The notes under the pieces are model-generated. The model saw only the letters and a program-made list of their open reading frames with translations, did not search any database and had not been told where the DNA came from. Positions 57,027-64,000 of a stretch of 64,000 nucleotides of DNA are shown piece after piece (within the stretch, counting starts at the first letter, position 1; each line of letters starts with the position of its first letter). This DNA comes from an uncultured Bacilli bacterium (GTDB taxonomy: Bacteria > Bacillota_I > Bacilli_A > RF39 > UBA660). The DNA is taken from NCBI GenBank assembly GCA_934148015.1, contig CAKPCU010000003.1, positions 16,416 through 80,415 of the forward strand, read 5' to 3'. Both the position numbers and the translations under genes were made by a program.

Positions 57027-58052
57027 ATGGATGATATGTTTGAATTAATAGATGATGATACAGAAGAAACTTTGTTTCTTGATGATAATGATGGTAAAAA
57101 AGATAATTCTAACAAGAAAGATACAGTAAAAGAAAAAAGAAAAAGTGTCTTAGAAAAATATGGTGAGAATTTAAGCACTAAAACTTATGTTACTAATCCC
57201 GCTATTGCAAGAGAAAATGAAATAGAAAAAACCATACTAACAATTTTAACACCAGATAAGTCAGCCATATTAGTTGGTAAAGCTGGTATCGGTAAAACAG
57301 CTATTGTTGAAGGCATCGCATACAAAATTCAAAATAACGATGTACCCGATGCTATTAAAGGATACGATATAATTAAGGTAAATACCTCTTCACTACTTGG
57401 AAAATACGTAACAGAAGACGGAAGTGAAGAACTTAAAATAAATGTACTTTTAAATGAACTTTCTAACGCAAAGGACACTATCTTATTTATTGATGAAATT
57501 CATACTCTTGTTATTGAATCTAGAAAAAGTAACATTGATTTTTTAAATGCTATGAAGCCAGCACTATCTAGAGGAGATATAAAAGTAATAGGTGCAACTA
57601 CATTAGATGAATATAATCAATATTTAATAAGAGATAAAGCTTTTTTAAGACGTTTTGAAAAAATAGATGTTGCAGAACCAGATGCCGAAACTACTGTTAA
57701 GATATTAATGGGTTCATATCCTAAAATTGAAAAAATCACGGGAGTAAAATTATCATATTCTAATTTTGTCATAGAAAATATAATGAGATTTATAGTAGAT
57801 ATGACAAGCGAATATAAAAGAGTTTATGAACTAGGTTCTAGGTATCCTGATAATGCGCTAGCTCTTTTATCTAAAGCATTTTCGTACGCTAAGTTTGATA
57901 ATAGTAAATACGTAACTTTTAAACATATATATAAAGCTATTATGAATTGTCAAAGTGTATACTCTGATGTTGTAAAAAAAGAAGCCGAAAACTTTAAGAT
58001 TAAATTTAAAGAATTTATTGAAAAAGAAAATGTGGATTTAACTGATTACTAA
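57027..58052 (+). CDS. Stand-alone Clp/Hsp100 D1-like AAA+ ATPase
   Basis: Walker A GKAGIGKTA, Walker B ILFIDEIH, sensor GATT, ..AFLRRFEKIDV... No Clp N-domain, M-domain or second AAA ring. Confidence 0.75.
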   Translation: MDDMFELIDDDTEETLFLDDNDGKKDNSNKKDTVKEKRKSVLEKYGENLSTKTYVTNPAIARENEIEKTILTILTPDKSAILVGKAGIGKTAIVEGIAYKIQNNDVPDAIKGYDIIKVNTSSLLGKYVTEDGSEELKINVLLNELSNAKDTILFIDEIHTLVIESRKSNIDFLNAMKPALSRGDIKVIGATTLDEYNQYLIRDKAFLRRFEKIDVAEPDAETTVKILMGSYPKIEKITGVKLSYSNFVIENIMRFIVDMTSEYKRVYELGSRYPDNALALLSKAFSYAKFDNSKYVTFKHIYKAIMNCQSVYSDVVKKEAENFKIKFKEFIEKENVDLTDY

Positions 58053-58067
58053 AAAAGATATTATAAA

Positions 58068-58913
58068 CTAATATCTTTTTTCATTTATAACACTATTTAA
58101 GTCTTTAATTTCATATCCCTTATTAGTTATAGTTCTTATTATTAAGGTTGTGTTAGAATTATCAAAATCTTTAACACTATAAGATATAATAGCACCATTT
58201 ATAAGACCTTTTTTTAAGTCAGATATAGATACATCTAAAAGAGTTGATGTAAGGGTTAGCATATTTTTTTTAGCACAAACTTTCTTTTGTAAATCATCTT
58301 TTCTATCATTTAAACAATACAATGAATCTTTTAGTGTTATACTTTCTATTAAATTATTAGTTATATTTATAGTAGATTTATCATAATTTCCATCATAGCC
58401 TAAATTATATATATCATGTCCCATGTCAGTTATTCTAAAAGCAACTTCTACATTTTCTTTAAGCCATGTTCCATCAACAAAGAAACTAGCTTTGATGTTT
58501 TGCCTTTGCAAATACTTAAGTAAATTATCAACATTATCTTTATTTTCTACTTTAAATATAAGTGCTACACTTTTATTTTTAGGATTACCCTGCTTTATAT
58601 AATAATTATAGTCTTTTGTTATTGTTGTCTTAGGAAGTTTATCTTCATATACAATTTTATTTTTATCAAATTTATTTTTCATATTTTTATATGATACTTC
58701 TTTGTTTATAATTAATCCAGAATATCCTAAAATGAGTTCATCTTTATTTATAACTGGTTCTGTAGGTTGTAGATCATGTTCTTTTTTATATTTAACAATT
58801 TCTTTCATAACTGGATTGCTATTTTTAGCTGTTGAAAACACTTTATTAGTATACATAAAGCTAAATATTAATAATAATAACAATCCAAGTAATTTACTTG
58901 TTTTTTTAAGCAC
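58068..58913 (-). CDS. Polysaccharide deacetylase-family protein (PdaB-like, degenerate motifs)
   Basis: Signal/TM segment, then ..VALIFKVENKDNVDNLLKYLQRQNIKASFFVDGTWL.. resembles a NodB fold but lacks the TFDD motif. Start 58913 or 58922. Confidence 0.5.
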   Translation of the reverse strand: MLKKTSKLLGLLLLLIFSFMYTNKVFSTAKNSNPVMKEIVKYKKEHDLQPTEPVINKDELILGYSGLIINKEVSYKNMKNKFDKNKIVYEDKLPKTTITKDYNYYIKQGNPKNKSVALIFKVENKDNVDNLLKYLQRQNIKASFFVDGTWLKENVEVAFRITDMGHDIYNLGYDGNYDKSTINITNNLIESITLKDSLYCLNDRKDDLQKKVCAKKNMLTLTSTLLDVSISDLKKGLINGAIISYSVKDFDNSNTTLIIRTITNKGYEIKDLNSVINEKRY

Positions 58914-58965
58914 TTTAATCACCTAATAAATATTATGAAAATATAAATTAAAAAGACTATAATTT

Positions 58966-60669
58966 TTACTTATAGTCTAATATTTTTTTATGAATACCTG
59001 GTTCAATAACATCTAACGTGCTTATACTAAGTTCTAAAGATTTTTTGTACTCACCATCAAAGAATAACTTTTCAGCCTTTATAAGTCCCTCATTAATTGA
59101 TGGTTTTGATGAACGATATCTATTACCATATACTATAGCATATTCCGATAACAACGCTAATTTAACCATATCATTAGTAGTATTATGAAGCTTAAATACC
59201 AAATCTCTTGCAGTATCAACCCTTATATTTAATGTATCAACATCAATAGGCTTTTTGCTTAATTCATTTTGAATTTCCATTATAGCATCACGAGCTTCAT
59301 TTAACTCAGTATAATAATTATCTGTGATAATAGGTACCCTATTTTTTCTTATTTGATATTTAGACTGTTTTAATAAAAGTTTAATATCTTCTAACTGATT
59401 CTTAGCTCGCTCTTCATCTTCTTTTAAGTTACTAACTTTTTGTAAAAGACCATTAGCTTTTTCATGAAGCTTGGATAACTTTAAATTGATTATTTCAAGT
59501 TCAGCATTAAGTTTTGAGTATGCAAACGTATGATTATTATCTAACACCTTTAGCTTTTCATAATCTTTATTAATATCATTTAACTCGTTAGTAAATAATT
59601 TAACACTCATTAACGTATCATCATTTAAATTATATCTACTTTGAACTTCTGGAACTTTAGATACAACATTTTGCAATATTTTATCAACCTGTTTTATTTT
59701 TTTATCAAATTCACTTTTTTGTTCTTCATAATATTTTCTAGTTATTTTTTCAGTTTCAAAATCATTAAATAAAGAATCAAAATAGTCAAGTATTGTCTTA
59801 AGTTCAAAAGTTACATCCTCTAGATTAAGAACCCTTACCCTATCAAAAATCATACTAACCTTTTTTTCAGTTTCAACAATATTATATTCAACATTCAAAT
59901 AATCTAATCTGTAACCTTCTCTAGTAAGTTTAATATACTCATTAGACACATCCTCTGTTCTTTTAGGAATAAGACTTTTACCCATAAGCATAATTTCTGG
60001 TATTTCATCTATTACTATAGTCATATGATCTATCATTTCAGTTAATCCTTTAACTACGTAAATTACTTCTTCATAATCTTTTTTATCCATAACAACTTCA
60101 AATTCTTCAAATCTTTTTTCTATTGTTTCAAACTGAAGTTCTATTGTTTTTTGTGTTTCTTCATAATCCGTTTTATCATCTTCAAATCTTTTCTTTAATT
60201 GTCTGTATTTAGCCTTAAGTTTAGTAACAGTTGCTCTATTTTTTTCCTCACTTAATGTTATCTCTTTTATTTCATCAAGAATATTTTTTATTTTAGTTTT
60301 AACTTCGCATAATTTGATTTCAATATCTATTATCTTTTGATATATCTCTTTTATTTTTCCCTTTTCAACTAAAAAGTCTGCTTCAATAAGCATATCATTT
60401 ATATATGGTATTGTTTCATTTTCAATTATTTGAAATTTTATATTCCAAGTATTATACTTTTCTTCTAATTTGTTATTTTTAACTAAAGCCTCAACTTTAC
60501 TTAATTCACTTAAGACAGGAACGTTTATAAGCAGATTTTTTTCCTTTTCAAGTGAATCAATCATTTTAATTACACGAGTTTTTCTTTTTTTTCTATAGAT
60601 AATTAAAAAAGTTAAAGTAATTATTACTAGTAATATAATTATAGTTGCTATATATAAGCCCTTAGTCAT
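58966..60669 (-). CDS. ezrA: Septation ring formation regulator EzrA
   Basis: One N-terminal TM plus about 540 aa of coiled coil, in the Bacillus-type position next to rpsD. ATG 60669 follows AGGAGGTG. Confidence 0.75.
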   Translation of the reverse strand: MTKGLYIATIIILLVIITLTFLIIYRKKRKTRVIKMIDSLEKEKNLLINVPVLSELSKVEALVKNNKLEEKYNTWNIKFQIIENETIPYINDMLIEADFLVEKGKIKEIYQKIIDIEIKLCEVKTKIKNILDEIKEITLSEEKNRATVTKLKAKYRQLKKRFEDDKTDYEETQKTIELQFETIEKRFEEFEVVMDKKDYEEVIYVVKGLTEMIDHMTIVIDEIPEIMLMGKSLIPKRTEDVSNEYIKLTREGYRLDYLNVEYNIVETEKKVSMIFDRVRVLNLEDVTFELKTILDYFDSLFNDFETEKITRKYYEEQKSEFDKKIKQVDKILQNVVSKVPEVQSRYNLNDDTLMSVKLFTNELNDINKDYEKLKVLDNNHTFAYSKLNAELEIINLKLSKLHEKANGLLQKVSNLKEDEERAKNQLEDIKLLLKQSKYQIRKNRVPIITDNYYTELNEARDAIMEIQNELSKKPIDVDTLNIRVDTARDLVFKLHNTTNDMVKLALLSEYAIVYGNRYRSSKPSINEGLIKAEKLFFDGEYKKSLELSISTLDVIEPGIHKKILDYK

Positions 60670-60806
60670 TATATACACCTCCTACTATATAACTTATTTT
60701 ATCATATTTTTTGATAAATTGCATCATATTATGCAAATATATTTATTATAATTATAGTATTGATAGGTTATATTGATTATTTTTTAATGTAAATTAGTTG
60801 TAAATA

Positions 60807-60835
60807 TTGACTAATTCATTATTTTTATATATAAT
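60807..60835 (+). promoter_or_regulatory. SigA-type promoter for rpsD
   Basis: TTGACT, 17 nt, TATAAT. Confidence 0.6.
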
Positions 60836-60841
60836 TATATA

Positions 60842-61006
60842 CGCGTAAACTTTAAAGCAGCACTTTTTGAATTTAATAACGTGTTTGTTGCATATTAAGT
60901 TATATTAGTAATCTTTACTAGCTGCAAAGATGAAAATATTAAAACAAACTCCCTATTAGATGGCAAAAAGTCCTTTGGTTTACAAAACAAAAAGGAGGAA
61001 TAAGAT
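60842..61006 (+). promoter_or_regulatory. Long rpsD 5' leader (candidate S4 autoregulatory leader)
   Basis: About 165 nt lie between the predicted TSS and the AAAGGAGG RBS. rpsD is autoregulated through its leader in Bacillus. Confidence 0.4.
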
Positions 61007-61612
61007 ATGTCAAGATATACAGGACCAATGTATAAGAAAAGTCGTCATTTAGGATTTTCTTTATTAGAAAACGGTAAAGAACTTGCCAAAAGACCATATG
61101 CTCCAGGACAACACGGTAATGATAAAAGACGTGGTAAAGCTTCTGAGTATAAACTTCAATTAATGGAAAAACAAAAAGTTAGATTAATGTATGGAGTTAA
61201 TGAAAAACAATTTAGAATAACATTTGAAAACGCAGCTAAAATGAAAGGAATTCAAGGTGAGAACTTCTTAAAACTTCTAGAAAGTAGATTAGATAATGTA
61301 GTTTACCGTATGGGTATTGCTCAAACTAGAAGAGCCGCAAGACAAGTTGTTAACCATGGACATATTACTGTAAATGGTAAGAAAGTTGATATTCCATCAT
61401 ATAGAGTTATGCCTGGTGATGTAATTGCTGTTAAAGAATCATCACGTGATCATAAAGCTATATTAGAATCACTTGAAAAGACTAATAAAACAGTAGACTA
61501 TGTTGAATTTGATAAAAAGAAATTATCTGGCTTATTTGTACGTATGCCTGAAAGAAGTGAACTTCCAGCCGATATTAAAGAATCTATGATTGTTGAATTC
61601 TATAATAAATAA
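61007..61612 (+). CDS. rpsD: 30S ribosomal protein S4
   Basis: [19 protein letters not shown].. followed by an S4 RNA-binding domain. Confidence 0.97.
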   Translation: MSRYTGPMYKKSRHLGFSLLENGKELAKRPYAPGQHGNDKRRGKASEYKLQLMEKQKVRLMYGVNEKQFRITFENAAKMKGIQGENFLKLLESRLDNVVYRMGIAQTRRAARQVVNHGHITVNGKKVDIPSYRVMPGDVIAVKESSRDHKAILESLEKTNKTVDYVEFDKKKLSGLFVRMPERSELPADIKESMIVEFYNK

Positions 61613-61616
61613 TATT

Positions 61617-61652
61617 TAAAAAAACCAACCTACAAAAGGTTGGTTTTATTTT
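61617..61652. terminator. Bidirectional terminator
   Basis: aaaaccaacc-tacaaaa-ggttggtttt, flanked by A-runs and T-runs. Confidence 0.7.
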
Positions 61653-61659
61653 GCATTAA

Positions 61660-63051
61660 TTATTTAGATAATCTTTTTAATAAGTACTTGTATTTAATAA
61701 TTGAAATTAACATAGATATTCCCATGTACATAAACATAAATGTAAGAGGAATCATAATAAATACATAAATAAATCTAAATTGATAATCTTTTAAATACAA
61801 TATATCATATATTAAAGATGAGTTAAAAACACAAAATAATAAGTTATCTAAAAATGTATCAAATACTTTCTTATGTTTACCAGTATTTATATTATATATA
61901 AGTATACTTAAAATACCTATAAATGTTCCTATTATAAGATAAAGTAAATCATAACTTTTAATATTTTCTTTTATAAAAACAATACTAAATGCACTAATAA
62001 AAAGTGTTAATGTTAATAAAAATATATCCATTTTCTTTATCTTTTTCATAACTATTATTTCACTTTGATTACTCTTTTTTTCTTCCTCTTTTTTATTTGC
62101 ATAATCTTCTAAGTCATCTTCAAAAGTAAATGGCTTTAATTTTTCATTTATAATAGATAAAGTAAAGTTAGTATTTTCACTTAAAAGAGAATTAAAAAGT
62201 GCCATGTTATTAGATTCTAAGCTTTCAAAGATTACTTTAGCCTTATCTTGTTCATTATCTATAATTAAATCATCTATACTTTCATTAAAAGTTGATGGAA
62301 GTTTAGTTAAAGTAGATAATTTTTGTTCTTTAATAAAGTTAATCATATCAGTAGTTTTACTAATTTCTTTTTTTAATAAAGTACTTTTACTTTCTATCAT
62401 TTTAACTAAATTATAATTATTATTTTTAAGACTAACTAACCTTCCCTTATTAAAGAAGTTAGTTTCAAAAAAACTATAAATAGTAATTAAACTATATATA
62501 CCAAATGGTATAGTAAATATTAATAAACAATTTCTAAATATTAAATTTATAATTAAACATATAAGTAAGAAAATAGCATTTAAAAAATCATATCCATTTT
62601 TTATTCTAATACCCTTTTCATTATAAGTATTTAATGTATTAATATTCTGATTTATTAACTTTAACTTATCTTGATATAAATACTTTAATAATTCATTAGA
62701 TATTAACTCAGTTTTAATTTTTTTTAAATTATCTACTTCTTTAATATCACATAAGTAATCATTAAATTCTTCTTTTAATTCTTCTTTTTTACTCTTACTA
62801 GATAAGCTGTATGCTTTATCAAAAATATCTTTTACTTCCTTTAAATTATCATTTTCTAAGTACTTATTATAGTCATTAGTTAATCCCTTTATTAAATATA
62901 TATAACCATATACATTATTTGGACATTTATTTACTATGTCACTTGATAACTTAACTACTTTTATATAATCTTTACTTTCATATGCTTTTTCTATTTTTTC
63001 TTTTTCATTTTTAGATATTTTAGGTCCAGACTTTTTATTACTTTTCTTCAT
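61660..63051 (-). CDS. Hypothetical polytopic membrane protein with N-terminal helical and coiled-coil regions
   Basis: 463-aa ORF with two TM segments mid-protein and four to five at the C-terminus. No motif recognised. Confidence 0.55.
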   Translation of the reverse strand: MKKSNKKSGPKISKNEKEKIEKAYESKDYIKVVKLSSDIVNKCPNNVYGYIYLIKGLTNDYNKYLENDNLKEVKDIFDKAYSLSSKSKKEELKEEFNDYLCDIKEVDNLKKIKTELISNELLKYLYQDKLKLINQNINTLNTYNEKGIRIKNGYDFLNAIFLLICLIINLIFRNCLLIFTIPFGIYSLITIYSFFETNFFNKGRLVSLKNNNYNLVKMIESKSTLLKKEISKTTDMINFIKEQKLSTLTKLPSTFNESIDDLIIDNEQDKAKVIFESLESNNMALFNSLLSENTNFTLSIINEKLKPFTFEDDLEDYANKKEEEKKSNQSEIIVMKKIKKMDIFLLTLTLFISAFSIVFIKENIKSYDLLYLIIGTFIGILSILIYNINTGKHKKVFDTFLDNLLFCVFNSSLIYDILYLKDYQFRFIYVFIMIPLTFMFMYMGISMLISIIKYKYLLKRLSK

Positions 63052-63060
63052 AAATATCCC

Positions 63061-64000
63061 CTAAAATTTTATTCTGCTTTTTACATAATCTATAACATCA
63101 TTAACACTTAATGTAATTTGTTTCATAGTATCACGATCTCTTATAGTTACTGTATTATTATTTATCGTTTCATCATCTACTGTTATGCAAAAAGGTGTAC
63201 CTATTACATCTTGTCTTCTATATCTTTTACCAATAGAAGCTGTTTCATCATACGTAGTCATAAATTCTTTAGAAAATGCTTTGTATAATTCTTCTGCTTT
63301 TTCTTTATGATATTTTTTTACAAGTGGTAAAATAGCTACTTTATATGGTGCTAAGAATGGATGAAAATGCATAACCTCTCTTGTATCATTATCTAACTTT
63401 TCTTCTTCATATGATTCAAATAAAATAGCTAACACACTTCTATCTAATCCATAAGTAGACTCTATAATATATGGAATAAACTTTTCATTTGTTTCAGGAT
63501 CTTGATATTCCATGGATATTTTAGAACATTCTTGATGTCTTGTTAAATCATAATCAGTTCTATTATGGGTACCATTTATTTCTCCAAAACCAAATGGAAA
63601 TTTATACTCTATATCACATGCTGCTTTAGCATAAAATGCTAATTTTTCATGGTCATGAAACCTTAAGTGTTCTTCTTTTATTCCAAGATCCATATAAAAT
63701 TTCTTACCATATTCTTTAAAGTATTCATATAATTTAGTATCATCACCCTTATGACAAAAAGTTTGATACTCCATTTGTTCAAATTCTATAGTTCTAAATG
63801 TAAAATTACCTGGTGTAATTTCATTTCTAAATGCCTTACCTATTTGTCCAATTGAAAATGGAAGTTTAGCTCTCATACTTCTTTGCACATTTAAAAAATT
63901 AACATATTCACCTTGTGCATTTTCAGGTCTTAAATAAACAACACTTTTAGAATCTTGTATAACTCCTCTATATGTTTCAAACATAAGTTTAAATTGTCTT
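63061..64000 (-). CDS. glyQS: Glycine-tRNA ligase, single-chain class II (5' end outside window)
   Basis: ..RPENAQGEYVNF.., ..FRNEITPGNFTFRTIEFEQME.., ..GLDRSVLA.., anticodon-binding C-domain. The frame stays open to position 64000. Confidence 0.9.
   Translation of the reverse strand, partial: RQFKLMFETYRGVIQDSKSVVYLRPENAQGEYVNFLNVQRSMRAKLPFSIGQIGKAFRNEITPGNFTFRTIEFEQMEYQTFCHKGDDTKLYEYFKEYGKKFYMDLGIKEEHLRFHDHEKLAFYAKAACDIEYKFPFGFGEINGTHNRTDYDLTRHQECSKISMEYQDPETNEKFIPYIIESTYGLDRSVLAILFESYEEEKLDNDTREVMHFHPFLAPYKVAILPLVKKYHKEKAEELYKAFSKEFMTTYDETASIGKRYRRQDVIGTPFCITVDDETINNNTVTIRDRDTMKQITLSVNDVIDYVKSRIKF

Overview
Very AT-rich, gene-dense chromosomal segment. No non-coding gap exceeds about 330 bp, and most genes are on the minus strand. 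Gene content points to an endospore-forming low-GC Firmicute with Bacilli/Erysipelotrichia-like synteny: ezrA next to rpsD, cvpA divergent from rnhC, rsmE near mtaB, yqfC-yqfD-ybeY-dgkA beside rpsU, and secDF-relA. Sporulation genes are scattered through the window (yqfC, yqfD, gerM, gerE, spoIIIAH, ylmC, a sigG-like sigma factor, a SpoVB-like flippase, a PdaB-like deacetylase). TGA is used as a stop, so the code is standard. I call about 75 CDS and one tRNA-Arg(UCU). I found no rRNA, CRISPR array, transposase, integrase or phage gene. Most of the window is ordinary housekeeping: translation, RNA modification, lipid synthesis and the envelope. Four accessory or unusual modules stand out. (1) A compact bacteriocin-type locus at 15.6-17.95 kb has two double-glycine-leader peptides that the ORF track misses. 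They sit after a C39-peptidase ABC exporter whose catalytic-Cys segment has no canonical start codon. (2) A seven-gene Tad-type pilus operon lies at 26.9-32.7 kb with no pilin or prepilin peptidase in cis. (3) A remote neighbourhood at 48.9-54.2 kb holds a solo Flp prepilin, a two-component system, DUF192, and a sortase / micro-membrane-protein / WG-repeat operon; an orphan type IV pilin also overlaps trxA at 39.2-39.8 kb. (4) The rimM-trmD-rplS cluster is interrupted by three unknown genes, and TrmD carries a roughly 175-aa C-terminal extension. None of these contains an obviously new enzymatic machine. The novelty claims rest on gene context and motifs read by eye, and all need profile searches and comparative genomics to confirm. 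Many track ORFs were shortened to the first start codon that has a Shine-Dalgarno sequence.
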